This document shows positions 18,104 to 28,381 of a stretch of 64,000 bases of DNA, piece by piece; the first letter of the stretch is position 1, and each line of letters begins with the position of its first letter. This stretch comes from Candidatus Geocrenenecus sp. JGI 0000106-J15 (GTDB lineage: Archaea > Thermoproteota > Nitrososphaeria_A > Caldarchaeales > Wolframiiraptoraceae): positions 23,027 through 87,026 of the forward strand of contig ASPF01000004.1 in assembly GCA_000405685.1 (NCBI GenBank), read 5' to 3'. The notes below the pieces were generated by a model, which worked only from the letters and a program-made list of their open reading frames with translations, made no database searches and was not told the DNA's origin. The position numbers were made by a program, and so were the translations under genes.

Positions 18104-19513
18104 TTGAGTAGGATGAACGACAAGGAGAAAATCCTACTGCTCTTCTTAATGATATCTATCCTTACTCTATCTTTCACTTACTCCATCTTAGAGGTTTCCG
18201 CTATCTCTCAGCCTCACTATCTTACTACTCCGAAGCTTACTCCAACGCACATTACAATCATCAACAATAGATTAGTCGTATACGATGCTGTAGAAAACAA
18301 TCTAATATTTATAAGTAAAGTAGACGAATCCATAAAGATCTTAAAAGCTCCAAGAGATGTTACCGATATCACAACATCAGGTGAAAAGATCTTTATGGCT
18401 ACTTCAACAAATAGTAAACTATATGTATATAGTTTAATGGAAGAAGATATTAGAGAAATAGAATTACCTAGTGTTCCAGGCGACCTAGATTCTTCATCTC
18501 AGTACTTGACGGTTTCCTTACCTGATAAAGGCTTGATATTAGTATTTGACCCAGTTAGCTTAAATGAACTATCAAGAATAGAAATCGACGTTGACCATGG
18601 ATCAAGAAAGATTTCCGTAGATGATGGCTTTCTTTATGTTGTGCAGTCCGATGGATATACGCTTGCGAAAATAGACCTAAATAAAAATGAAAGACAATAT
18701 CTAAGAATTGATGAAAGAATAATTGCTGTAAAAGCATTTAGTAATAACATATTGTTAGCATCCAGTGAGGATGGATTATATAAAATCTCAAGAAATTTAA
18801 AGATTGAGAGAAGATGGAGCTTAAACAAAGGTAGTACAATCGATATAGGGTTACACATGCTGTCCGATGGGAGGATAATATATGTTGCTAGAGCAACCTG
18901 GATTATTGGAGAGATCGATGGAGATAACATCAGAGAAGTACGAGTTGAAGGAAGAATATTTGACGATGTACTAGATACTGATAGAATATGGTTTACTGAG
19001 ATAAATACAGGAAAGATAGGATGGGTCTGGCTGTCCAGACCTCCTATAGTAAAGAGTATTGTAATTGAACCTCAGGGAGGAGGATCATTCAAAGCTTCTG
19101 CAAAGATACACGACCCAGATAATGAACTTGTCAAAGCGATACTAATCGTCATAGTTAAAAGTAAGATCCCATATCTCATAGCAGATAATAGAACATACGA
19201 TATGGAGTACATAGTAGATAGAGATATCCATGTATCTGAATTCTGGTTGAACCCAGGTGAAGAAGCAGAAGTATATGTTGTAGCAACTGACCAAGTCAAT
19301 AATATTGGTACAAGTGAGAAGATCCCAGTCCAGTTTATAGAGGAGGAGACAAAGACAGTAACTTTCGCTACTCAGTCTACTACTTCTCCACCTCCGATTG
19401 AATTAACTGATCTATACCTAATCGCTAGCTCACTTATTCTACTCATACCGATCATTTTAGCGGTATTAGTCATGAAAACAAGAAAGAAAGTAAGAAAGAA
19501 GAGCAGAAGATAG
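18104..19513 (+). CDS. membrane-anchored extracellular protein, beta-propeller-like repeats plus Ig-like region
   Basis: 469 aa. N-terminal signal/TM (ILLLFLMISILTLSFTY) and a C-terminal TM with basic tail (LILLIPIILAVLVMKTRKKVRKKSRR). Internal repeats of YVTN-like character (KLYVYSL, LILVFDP, FLYVVQSDG). No enzymatic motif recognised. Confidence 0.5.
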   Translation: MSRMNDKEKILLLFLMISILTLSFTYSILEVSAISQPHYLTTPKLTPTHITIINNRLVVYDAVENNLIFISKVDESIKILKAPRDVTDITTSGEKIFMATSTNSKLYVYSLMEEDIREIELPSVPGDLDSSSQYLTVSLPDKGLILVFDPVSLNELSRIEIDVDHGSRKISVDDGFLYVVQSDGYTLAKIDLNKNERQYLRIDERIIAVKAFSNNILLASSEDGLYKISRNLKIERRWSLNKGSTIDIGLHMLSDGRIIYVARATWIIGEIDGDNIREVRVEGRIFDDVLDTDRIWFTEINTGKIGWVWLSRPPIVKSIVIEPQGGGSFKASAKIHDPDNELVKAILIVIVKSKIPYLIADNRTYDMEYIVDRDIHVSEFWLNPGEEAEVYVVATDQVNNIGTSEKIPVQFIEEETKTVTFATQSTTSPPPIELTDLYLIASSLILLIPIILAVLVMKTRKKVRKKSRR

Positions 19514-19579
19514 ACCTATATGAATTTCTTCAAGAAAAAAGAGAGAAGATATTTGAATATGTAAATTGCTTATTATAGT

Positions 19580-21082
19580 TTATACTCCTCTCTTGTATAG
19601 CTGGATTACTATGTAGTTTACTAATAGCTCCGTGATACTTGGAGGCAGTGAGTTGAATACCTGGTTTATTAACGTCATCTCTCTAGGTAAGCCTTTATCC
19701 AGACCGAATGCTTCTAGCAGCTTCGGACCATATACTTCTAGATACTTTTCTGCATCCTTCATTAGTTTGCTAAGTGTTGGTATGTCCATCTCTCTAGGTG
19801 TTATCAAGCTCATTATCAGCCCTAAGCTTTCTATCACTCCTTCAACATCGCTTGGAGGAATCTTCTGCAACTCTGAAGTACATTCTTCCAAGTCCTTCAA
19901 CATGTTGTCGACAATATTCTCGTGGATAGGTGTGAGTGTAAGATGTATGCTTGGAGGAATACCCATTTCTGATATTCCTCTCTGAGCTAGGAAATACCAT
20001 CCTTTCTTTATCATTTCGTCAGATAACCTAAATAGGTTAACCTTGTCTGATGTAAATGCAACTATGACTGTTGGGTCGCCCATAATGCTATAACCTATTT
20101 CTCCCAATCTTCTACATACTCTATTTCTAGCTGCTATTACCTTCTTAGCTAGCTCTATGTATCCTTTCTCTCCTAGGAAGTGTAGAACAGCCCATGCCGC
20201 TGCTAAGGGGCCTTCTGATCTAGATGATAAGACAGCAGGGTTTACAATCGGGTATCCAGGCCACTTCAAGTTTGCATACTGGGAAAACATCTTGTAGAAT
20301 TCTCTCCTAAACAAGATCACTGACGATCCAATAGCAGAGTATGCATACTTATGTGGATCTAGAGAGATGGAGGAGACCCCTTCGATTCTAAAATCGTAGT
20401 CAGGTATATCTTCTCCTAGTTTCTTCATGAATGGTAAGATGAATCCTCCTACACATGCATCTACATGAAGCCACATATTCTTCTCTAGAGCGATCTCAGC
20501 TAACTCTTTAATTGGATCGATTGTACCAAATGGCCAGTTGGGTGCTGACCCTACGATTAACGCAGTGTTCTCTGTTATCGCCTCGTTAACCGAATCTACA
20601 TCTACTCGATAGGTTTCATTATCTACTTTGACCCTCTTAACCCTTAGACCCATATATTCAGCAGCCTTATCATAACATGGATGACCCGTAACAGGCATAA
20701 CTATCTCTGGAAGCGTTATGAATCCTTTATCAAGTATGAATTTATCTCTTGCAGCTTTCACAGCGAGGAAAACACTTTCTGTACCTCCAAAAGTATATGT
20801 TCCAACTACATGCTCATCTCCATTCATTAAAGATATTGCTACATCCACGATGTCTTTCTCCATTCTAATAGCGCTTGGAAACTCTGTGAAATCTAACATA
20901 TTCTTATCCATGAATGCTCTAAAAGCTTCATATGCTATGTTCTTAAGTTCATCCAATCCAGTTTCAAATGCTATAGTGAACAATCTCCCACTAAGAGGAT
21001 CTGCATCATCAATAGAATATTCTCTTAACTTCCGGAAAATTTCATCTTTCCCAAGGGGCTCACTAAAAAGCTTCTTTCTCAT
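19580..21082 (-). CDS. PLP-dependent group II decarboxylase/lyase (glutamate decarboxylase / sphingosine-1-phosphate-lyase-like)
   Basis: 500 aa. FGGTESVFLAVKAARD, HVDACVGGF and the PLP-lysine motif SISLDPHKYAYS. Confidence 0.8.
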   Translation of the reverse strand: MRKKLFSEPLGKDEIFRKLREYSIDDADPLSGRLFTIAFETGLDELKNIAYEAFRAFMDKNMLDFTEFPSAIRMEKDIVDVAISLMNGDEHVVGTYTFGGTESVFLAVKAARDKFILDKGFITLPEIVMPVTGHPCYDKAAEYMGLRVKRVKVDNETYRVDVDSVNEAITENTALIVGSAPNWPFGTIDPIKELAEIALEKNMWLHVDACVGGFILPFMKKLGEDIPDYDFRIEGVSSISLDPHKYAYSAIGSSVILFRREFYKMFSQYANLKWPGYPIVNPAVLSSRSEGPLAAAWAVLHFLGEKGYIELAKKVIAARNRVCRRLGEIGYSIMGDPTVIVAFTSDKVNLFRLSDEMIKKGWYFLAQRGISEMGIPPSIHLTLTPIHENIVDNMLKDLEECTSELQKIPPSDVEGVIESLGLIMSLITPREMDIPTLSKLMKDAEKYLEVYGPKLLEAFGLDKGLPREMTLINQVFNSLPPSITELLVNYIVIQLYKRGV

Positions 21083-21263
21083 AGTTTAACATCAGTTTTT
21101 TACAGGTTTTAAGCTTTTCCGCAATCCATTTATAGCCCTAAAGGAGAATGCTTACAGCCATATTCAGAAAGAAAAAGAGAAACTAGAGTTGCACAGCCCC
21201 CGGGAAATTCATATGTCTAACCTATAAAAACAAGAGCTAAGCTATTCAAAGAAATGTATTTAG

Positions 21264-21350
21264 TGGACCGGGCGGGATTTGAACCCGCGACCTCCCGCAT
21301 TCCAGAGTATTGTACGCCAGGCGGGCGATCTCCCACTGATCTACCGGCCC
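21264..21350 (-). tRNA. tRNA-Ala(GGC) with canonical 37/38 intron
   Basis: The reverse complement gives acceptor GGGCCGG/CCGGTCC, containing the G3:U70 Ala identity pair. Anticodon stem is CCCGC/GCGGG with anticodon GGC (plus strand 21316-21318). A 15-nt intron lies at plus 21300-21314. Confidence 0.9.
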
Positions 21351-21381
21351 ATTACTTAAAGATCTTAAAAGCTATATTTAG

Positions 21382-22293
21382 CTATTTGATCCTTTCTACT
21401 TCCATTAGTTGTTTATAGTATTGTATTGTTCTTTTTAATCCTTGCTCTAATGATATTTTTGGATTATATCCTAACCGCTTCTTTATTTTATCTATTGATG
21501 GATAGCTTCGCATAGGGTCTTTCTCTGTTTCTGTTCTAGGAGGTAGAAGTATTATCTCGCTTTCTGAGCTTGTTAGCCTCCTTATTAATTCTGCTAGCTG
21601 CCGTATAGAGATTTCGTTTCCAGTACCGATGTTGAATACTTCACCTACTGCTTCATCTTTAGTTAGAGCTAATTCTACAGCAATACAGTAGTTCTCAATA
21701 TATGTTGGATCAGTTGTATCTCTTCCGCTATTATAGAGTTTTATGGGCTCATTCTTTAAGCAAGCTCTTATAAATGTCGGGATAGCTGTTGTTGGAACAT
21801 CATATTCGCCGAAGAGCTTCCAGCTTCTAAAGATAACAGTAGGTAGTTTCTTAATCTTCCAGTAGCTTTGAACTATTGCCTCGGCAGCTACTTTGGAATA
21901 ATCATAAGGTGTTCTGGGATTGAATGGCGTATCTTCATCTACTGGTAGTTTTAACGGTAACCCGTAAACATTTGCAGAAGAAGCATATATGAATCTTCTA
22001 ATATTTTTTCTTGAAGCTATCTCAAGAATGTTTAATGTTCCATAAACATTAACCTTAAAACACTTGTATGGGTCTTTAATACTTTCAGGAATATTAGCGA
22101 TTGCAGCTAGATGAATTACGGCATCAAAATCTATGTTAGATAAACTTCTTGATAGAGTATCGAACTCTGTAACATCTAACCTTAGTTCTCCACCAGAGAT
22201 ATCTAGACTGAAAACCTCGAATCCTCTATCCTTCAGGTATTTTACTAGGTTTCTGCCAATAAACCCCTCCGATCCTGTAACCAGCACTTTCAT
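21382..22293 (-). CDS. NAD-dependent nucleotide-sugar epimerase/dehydratase (SDR family)
   Basis: 303 aa. Rossmann motif VLVTGSEGFIGRNL and a catalytic YxxxK region (YDYSKVAAE). Confidence 0.88.
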   Translation of the reverse strand: MKVLVTGSEGFIGRNLVKYLKDRGFEVFSLDISGGELRLDVTEFDTLSRSLSNIDFDAVIHLAAIANIPESIKDPYKCFKVNVYGTLNILEIASRKNIRRFIYASSANVYGLPLKLPVDEDTPFNPRTPYDYSKVAAEAIVQSYWKIKKLPTVIFRSWKLFGEYDVPTTAIPTFIRACLKNEPIKLYNSGRDTTDPTYIENYCIAVELALTKDEAVGEVFNIGTGNEISIRQLAELIRRLTSSESEIILLPPRTETEKDPMRSYPSIDKIKKRLGYNPKISLEQGLKRTIQYYKQLMEVERIK

Positions 22294-22404
22294 AGAATTT
22301 ACCGCATAAACTCTAAATAGGCATAATTAAACTATATCTCCCTAAGATCTTTAAATCTGCTATCTAGTCAACTCTTAATACTAGGCATGTAGAACTTGAT
22401 AGGG

Positions 22405-23724
22405 ATGACGTCGCTAAGTGAATTGTTAAAGAAAGCGATCAGCAAGTTTATTTCATCTACTAGTGTTGATGAAAATACTATCAATGAGCTTGTTAGAGGG
22501 CTTCAACGTTCACTACTAGTTGGAGATGTCGGTGTAGAGCTTGTACAGAGAATCTCTGAGAATGTTAGAAAGAGAGCATTAGAGGAGAAGCTACCTCCTG
22601 GAATCTCCCGTAAAGACCAGGTAATCAAGATAGTTTATGAAGAGCTAGTTAAACTCTTAGGTGAAGAACCTGCTAAACTCAAGATCCCGAGAGACCGCCG
22701 ATACATAATAATGATGGTTGGAATACAAGGCTTCGGAAAAACAACTAGTATAGCTAAGCTAGCATACTACCTCAAGAAGAACGATTACAGTGTTGGGGTT
22801 ATATGTGCAGATACTTATAGACCTGGAGCATGCGACCAGCTTGAACAACTACTGAAAGATACAAAGATACCAGTATACCGGCATGACGGTGAGAAAGATC
22901 CAGTAACGATCGTTAAAGCAGGAATTGAGAAGCTGGCATCAGATGGAGTAAAAGTGATATTGATAGATACTGCTGGTAGACATAAGAGTCAAGAAACTCT
23001 GATGGAAGAAGTGAGAACTCTACAGAGAGAGGTTAAGCCAGATGAAGTTATGCTAGTTATAGATGCAGGTATAGGTCAACAAGCAGGACTACATGCAAAA
23101 GCATTCCATGAAGCAGCGCCAGTTGGGTCAATATTCTTAACAAAGATGGATACTAGTGCAAAAGGTGGAGGGGCTCTATCAGCGATAGCTGTTACCGGTG
23201 CGAAGATAAAGTTTATAGGCATAGGAGAGAGAATAGATGAGATTGAATTATTTAATCCAGCTGGATATGTTGGTAGACTACTTGGATTAGGAGATATTGA
23301 AGGTCTCTTAGAAAAATTTAGATTAGCTGAACTCATGATGGATGAGAAGAGAGCAGAAGCATTTATTCGTGGAGAATTCACACTCGAACAATTCGTTAAA
23401 CAATTAAAAGACTTAAGGAAGGCTGGACCATTCTCTAAACTCATCTCTAAACTCCCCCTTCCAGGAATCCAAAATATTCCAGATGAAACTCTTAGAGATG
23501 CAGAAAAACAGATAGAGAAATGGGATGCCATAATCTGTTCTATGACACATGAGGAGAAGATGGACCCCCATATAATCAACTCATCTAGAATTAGGAGGAT
23601 TGCAAGAGGAGCAGGAGTCTTAGAAAAAGATGTTAAGAATCTAATTAGGCAGTATAGATTAGCGAAGAAATTCATGAAGACAGCTAAGAGGCTTCCAAAG
23701 AAGTTTCTTAAAACAGTACAATAA
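22405..23724 (+). CDS. srp54: signal recognition particle protein SRP54
   Basis: N, G and M domains. GTPase motifs GIQGFGKTT, DTAGR and TKMD, plus a Met/Lys-rich M domain. ATG 22405 is preferred over TTG 22396. Confidence 0.95.
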   Translation: MTSLSELLKKAISKFISSTSVDENTINELVRGLQRSLLVGDVGVELVQRISENVRKRALEEKLPPGISRKDQVIKIVYEELVKLLGEEPAKLKIPRDRRYIIMMVGIQGFGKTTSIAKLAYYLKKNDYSVGVICADTYRPGACDQLEQLLKDTKIPVYRHDGEKDPVTIVKAGIEKLASDGVKVILIDTAGRHKSQETLMEEVRTLQREVKPDEVMLVIDAGIGQQAGLHAKAFHEAAPVGSIFLTKMDTSAKGGGALSAIAVTGAKIKFIGIGERIDEIELFNPAGYVGRLLGLGDIEGLLEKFRLAELMMDEKRAEAFIRGEFTLEQFVKQLKDLRKAGPFSKLISKLPLPGIQNIPDETLRDAEKQIEKWDAIICSMTHEEKMDPHIINSSRIRRIARGAGVLEKDVKNLIRQYRLAKKFMKTAKRLPKKFLKTVQ

Positions 23725-23749
23725 TATAAGATGTAAGAGGTTTACCCCA

Positions 23750-25135
23750 TTGATATCTTTAGAGATTATCGATTCTGCTCTAAAGATCCTCTCGAGACAT
23801 CCTCTTTGCGATTACTGTCTAGGTAGACAATTTGCTTCACTAGGATACGGTATAAGTAATAGGGAAAGAGGCATAGCATTAAAGACCATCATATTTATGA
23901 GTGCTCATAAATTAATAAAAGAAAATATTGAAGAGGGATTGGAAAAGATAAAACTACTGTCGACATGTAATCATTTTCCATCTATAAAACTTCTTGAAAA
24001 ACTAGGTTATGACAGACCTTCTCCAAAACTATGCTTTATCTGTGAAGGGTATCTAGATAAGAAGAGGTTTAAAGAGGTTGCCTCAAAGATAATTGATGAA
24101 TTAAGGGAATATGAATTTAGAAATTTCCTTGTTGGTGCAAAGGTTCCCTCAGAGATTAGAGAGAGGGAGGATATGATTCGCTCAGAATATATGATTACTA
24201 CAGGTGAAGATATTAAAGAAGACTTAACTAGAGAGATCGGTCGATTAATTCAAAGAGAGATAGGTAAAGAGATTGAGTATAAAACTCCAGAAGTAGTCAT
24301 AATTGTTGACATATTTTCCGATACATATGAAGTACAGGTTAATCCTTTATTCATATATGGACGATATAGGAAGCTTCAGAAAGACATACCTCAAACCTCT
24401 TGGTATTGTAGAGAATGCTGGGGTAGAGGATGTATTAGATGTAATTATACTGGTAGAGAATATCCTGAATCTATAAGTGAACTGATTGGAGGTCCAGCTG
24501 TAGAGCTTTTCGAAGCGATAGATTTTAAATTTCATGGAGCAGGTAGAGAAGACGTAGATGCAGTAGTCTTAGGGTCTGGGAGACCGTTCATCATAGAATT
24601 AAAGCATCCACGTAAGAGATTCATAGAGTTGAAAATTCTTGAAGAAAAAATAAACCAAGAGGCTATGGGAAAAGTCGAAGTCTTAGATCTTAGATATTCG
24701 AGTAGGAGAGAACTCAGATTGTTGAAGAGTTTGTCGCCTCTAGTTTCTAAGACTTATGAAGCTATAGTAGAATTCGAATATGATGTCGATGAAGAAGCTT
24801 TGAGAAAACTTACTGTTGAGATGAGCAGTATTACGATTGAACAATGGACGCCTACTCGAGTCTTAAAGAGAAGATCTGACAAACTTAGGAAAAAGAAATT
24901 ACATTATGTTGAAGCAGAGAAGATAAATTCGAAAGTTGTGAAGTTTAAGATAAAAGCTCAGGGAGGATTATACATAAAAGAATTGATAGATGGAGATAAT
25001 GGTCGAACTAAACCAAGCATAATGGAGCTGCTGGGAAATAAGCCTGTAAAGATTCAGCTGGCAGTTTTAGAAGTTGAGAAGATGCAGAATTATATAGAAG
25101 AAGGTAAAAGAGAAGATAATATGTCTGCAGGATAA
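23750..25135 (+). CDS. pus10: tRNA pseudouridine(54/55) synthase Pus10
   Basis: 461 aa with a TTG start. N-terminal zinc-binding CDYCLGRQF...CFICEG, then a THUMP-like region. Catalytic block is GAGREDVDAVVLGSGRPFIIE. Confidence 0.85.
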   Translation: MISLEIIDSALKILSRHPLCDYCLGRQFASLGYGISNRERGIALKTIIFMSAHKLIKENIEEGLEKIKLLSTCNHFPSIKLLEKLGYDRPSPKLCFICEGYLDKKRFKEVASKIIDELREYEFRNFLVGAKVPSEIREREDMIRSEYMITTGEDIKEDLTREIGRLIQREIGKEIEYKTPEVVIIVDIFSDTYEVQVNPLFIYGRYRKLQKDIPQTSWYCRECWGRGCIRCNYTGREYPESISELIGGPAVELFEAIDFKFHGAGREDVDAVVLGSGRPFIIELKHPRKRFIELKILEEKINQEAMGKVEVLDLRYSSRRELRLLKSLSPLVSKTYEAIVEFEYDVDEEALRKLTVEMSSITIEQWTPTRVLKRRSDKLRKKKLHYVEAEKINSKVVKFKIKAQGGLYIKELIDGDNGRTKPSIMELLGNKPVKIQLAVLEVEKMQNYIEEGKREDNMSAG

Positions 25136-25145
25136 CTTTTCGTCT

Positions 25146-25934
25146 TTACACATCTAGTATTGGTACAACTATGAGAGAGTTATCTGTTTCTGTATGGATC
25201 ACTCTTACATTCACATCATATACATCTCGAAGGAGAGCTTCTGTAAGCAATTCTACTGGTCTACCTACTGCAGCTATCTCTCCCTTCTTTAAAACAATTA
25301 TTCTGTCAGCGTAGACAGATGCTAAGTTTAAGTCGTGAAGTACAGCGATTACGATCTTCTTCTGTAATGTCAAATTTTTAAGGATGTTCATTATGTCTAT
25401 TTGATGCTTTAAGTCAAGATGGACTGTTGGCTCATCTATAAGAAATATCTTAGGTGTTTGACTAAGTAATCTAGCTATCCTAGCTCTCTGCTTCTCTCCA
25501 CTACTTAATTCTTCAATCTTTCTATCTGTTTTATCTTCTAAACCCATGATCTTTATAGATTCGAGTACGATCTTCTCGTCTTCTCGGCTCTCCCACCAGT
25601 ATCCCCTCATAAATGGTGTTCTACCACTAGAAACTAAATCAAACACAGTTAAACCATCGATAGATGATTCAACTTCAGAAGATAGATATGAAATCTTCCT
25701 AGCGAGAGCTGACGGATCAATCTTTGATAAGTTTTCTCCATCCACATAAATTGCTCCAACAGGCTCTAATAGTCTACATAAACATTTTAATAATGTTGTC
25801 TTACCTGAACCATTTGGACCAATAATACTTATGAATTCGCCTTCATAGAGTTCTAGAGATATATTTCTTAATACAGTTAGGTTATCGTAACTGAATTTTA
25901 GACCCCTTATACTTACTAGCGGCGTTTTTGTCAT
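25146..25934 (-). CDS. ABC transporter ATP-binding protein (FecE/BtuD-like iron-complex/cobalamin type)
   Basis: 262 aa. Walker A GPNGSGKTT, signature LSSGEKQR and Walker B IFLIDEP. No permease or binding-protein gene is adjacent. Confidence 0.88.
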   Translation of the reverse strand: MTKTPLVSIRGLKFSYDNLTVLRNISLELYEGEFISIIGPNGSGKTTLLKCLCRLLEPVGAIYVDGENLSKIDPSALARKISYLSSEVESSIDGLTVFDLVSSGRTPFMRGYWWESREDEKIVLESIKIMGLEDKTDRKIEELSSGEKQRARIARLLSQTPKIFLIDEPTVHLDLKHQIDIMNILKNLTLQKKIVIAVLHDLNLASVYADRIIVLKKGEIAAVGRPVELLTEALLRDVYDVNVRVIHTETDNSLIVVPILDV

Positions 25935-26237
25935 CTATGTGGATGGATTAACCAGCCAACTATATAAACTCTAACTTCAGTTAACTCTCACTTTAAACAT
26001 AGTCAGTATGCAAATTAAGTAAACCACCTGTATTTAGAAAAGTTACTCAATTCTGGAAATAGCGAGTTGGATTTTCAAGTTGTTTGACGATATTTTTATA
26101 ATTTTTTTAACCATGTTAAATCCTACAATAAGTTGGACAACAAATCTTACTAATTTCTGTTTTTAACCAAGTCTAAGGTCCAACTATTTTAGTATGAGAA
26201 ATTTCCTGAAAAATAAAGGAGGTAGTTTTAGAGAAGA

Positions 26238-27833
26238 TTAACTATTAATCTTTTTGAGGCCAAGTAGAGTCTTCTCGATCTTAGAGAACATTCTGACTGC
26301 GAGAATTATCGTTAATGTTATTGTTGATAAAACGATCATAGATGATGCTAGCATCATAAGGCTAGATGATATTAGAAATTCTGCTAAGAGGAATAGTAAT
26401 AAACTTACTCCGAACAATATCAATAGATATGCTATGTTTATTCTAATATTCACTCTTCTCCACTTTAAGATAGAGTAAACTATTAAAGCGGTTGGAGCAA
26501 AGTAGATTAAGCTTATTAAGCTGCTGGCGAATAAACCTGATGCTAAGACAGCAAGCTCTGGATTGATCGATAAAGGTCTTGAAGCTTCTCTTGAGATCTC
26601 TAAAGAAGAGATTAATGGAGAAATCATGGATTTGACAATGTTTCTCAGAATATCGTTTCTATACTCAGCTTCGGCAATGTATGGACTCCAAGAATAATAG
26701 AAGTTATTGAATACTGTCATAAAGTTTGACCCGGCAAAAGTCTGCATGACGAAATTATCCCTAAACTCTCTTAAAGCTTGAACTTGAGGAGCAAACTCAG
26801 AACCATAGGCAGCTGTAGCAATTAAGCATCTTAAACCTAATCCTTCTTGGGCTACAGTTGTCGTAACAGTCTCGGTTGGTCCTGGAACGGTTTTCACAGT
26901 CTCAATAGTCTCAGTCTTAGTAACTATTGTAGATTCTGTGACTGTGGTTATCTCCGGAATCGTTGTAGTGTATGTAAGTGTTTCAGTTTTAGTCTTTGTT
27001 AAAGTTGTTTCAGCACCTGTCATCGTAGTCGTTATATAAGTCGTAGTTAACCTAGTCATGGTCTCCGTCAAGGTTGTAGTTGTAGGTATGGTTACACTCT
27101 GGGTAGTGGTTGTAGTTACTGTTACAGTTTCTTCAGTCAACATTATAAGCCAAAAATCATCAAAAGATGCTTCACCATTACGGAAGGCGTATAGCCCTAC
27201 GGCTCCAGAGGAGAGCCTATTGTCTTCAAGGTCTAAAAGTGTTTGTCCTTCAACAGATATCACGATCCTGTTTTTGTGTACCCAAACTACAAGATTAAAC
27301 CAGTTTCCTACATCCACTCCAGCAGGAATATTAGCTTCACCAAGTTTAGGTCCAGCGCCTGGCCCTTCATCTTCATTTACATACCACAGAACAAGTTTTT
27401 TAGGGCTCTTGTAAACGGTTGCAAGATAGTATTTTTTAAAGTCGGATACTCTAAATATAACACCACCTTCTCCATTGAGTACCCTCATTTTTAATTCTAT
27501 TTTATAATCGTTAGGACCTACATATGCTCCAAAAAAGTAATAAGCAAGAATAGACTTCACGAAGACGCCGCCAGTACTTCTCAAGTTATAGAATTTCGTA
27601 TCCCCAACTTGAACAACACTATACGAAGCACTTCCTCCACCACCTATGTGCTGATACCATATTCCTGGACCATCTGACCCAGCATATATTTTCACTATAT
27701 AGTCATCAAAATCATCAAAATATATAAAATAACCAATTAGAGAATTCGCTGACATTATAGATGTTGAGAACAACAAGATTATCAAGATAGAAATAGAGAA
27801 TATAATTCTACTATTTTTAGAAGAATTTCCCAA
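26238..27833 (-). CDS. secreted/membrane-anchored protein: LamG/DUF1080-like jelly-roll domain, Thr-rich linker, CLIATAAYGSE C-terminal module and TM helices
   Basis: 531 aa. N-terminal signal (IIFSISILIILLFSTSIMSA). The jelly-roll-like region has GGVIFRVSD...YYLATV and GAVGLYAF..ASFDDF. A Thr/Val/Glu-rich linker of about 100 aa follows. Then come the conserved-looking CLIATAAYGSEFAPQVQALREFRDNF and several C-terminal TM segments. Confidence 0.6.
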   Translation of the reverse strand: MGNSSKNSRIIFSISILIILLFSTSIMSANSLIGYFIYFDDFDDYIVKIYAGSDGPGIWYQHIGGGGSASYSVVQVGDTKFYNLRSTGGVFVKSILAYYFFGAYVGPNDYKIELKMRVLNGEGGVIFRVSDFKKYYLATVYKSPKKLVLWYVNEDEGPGAGPKLGEANIPAGVDVGNWFNLVVWVHKNRIVISVEGQTLLDLEDNRLSSGAVGLYAFRNGEASFDDFWLIMLTEETVTVTTTTTQSVTIPTTTTLTETMTRLTTTYITTTMTGAETTLTKTKTETLTYTTTIPEITTVTESTIVTKTETIETVKTVPGPTETVTTTVAQEGLGLRCLIATAAYGSEFAPQVQALREFRDNFVMQTFAGSNFMTVFNNFYYSWSPYIAEAEYRNDILRNIVKSMISPLISSLEISREASRPLSINPELAVLASGLFASSLISLIYFAPTALIVYSILKWRRVNIRINIAYLLILFGVSLLLFLLAEFLISSSLMMLASSMIVLSTITLTIILAVRMFSKIEKTLLGLKKINS

Positions 27834-27968
27834 TAAAACACCTCATCTCTATCTGCCATTATTAGTATATAAATGTTCTACAGAGTAGAAGAAAGCTAAA
27901 ACACTTTATCAGAAGTAAGAAAACGTCAAAAAATAGCTCAGGATCAACCATTATTAAATTTGATATAG

Positions 27969-28040
27969 TGGACCGGGCGGGATTTGAACCCGCGACCTCC
28001 CGCGTGCAAGGCGGGCGATCTCCCACTGATCTACCGGCCC
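27969..28040 (-). tRNA. tRNA-Ala(TGC), intron-less
   Basis: 72 nt. Acceptor GGGCCGG/CCGGTCC (G3:U70) and anticodon loop CTTGCAC. The body is nearly identical to the other two Ala genes. Confidence 0.95.
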
Positions 28041-28083
28041 CTTACCTTTAGAGATCGTTTATTAATTCTTAAGTTTTCCGATT

Positions 28084-28257
28084 TTATTGTAGTAGCTTCT
28101 TTGGTTTAAGCCAATTATATTTTCTCCACTTGGGATCTGGGTATCCACAATAACTACATCTCTTCTTACTAAGATTGTAAGAGTGGCGTCCACATCTTCT
28201 ACATCTTACATGTACTATCTTATTCCGTTTACCACGGGAGGTTGTACCCTTAGTCAT
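28084..28257 (-). CDS. rpl37e: 50S ribosomal protein L37e (eL37)
   Basis: Not in the supplied ORF track (57 aa). My translation is MTKGTTSRGKRNKIVHVRCRRCGRHSYNLSKKRCSYCGYPDPKWRKYNWLKPKKLLQ, with a C4 zinc-ribbon typical of L37e. The conserved archaeal LSm-L37e gene pair is present. Confidence 0.9.
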   Translation of the reverse strand: MTKGTTSRGKRNKIVHVRCRRCGRHSYNLSKKRCSYCGYPDPKWRKYNWLKPKKLLQ

Positions 28258-28381
28258 TTCTTACTTCACCTTCTGCCACATCAGAGTCTAGGAAACTAGA
28301 TTTATACTTTTCTAGTTATTAATTTAATCATCTACTATTTATTTTATTTTTTATTTGATCTGTTAAATGATTCTTCCAGTA

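Noticed and set aside
23076-23675. 199-aa minus-strand ORF inside srp54
   Set aside because: It lies entirely within and antisense to the SRP54 gene, with low-complexity Ser/Ile/Phe-rich translation. Shadow ORF.
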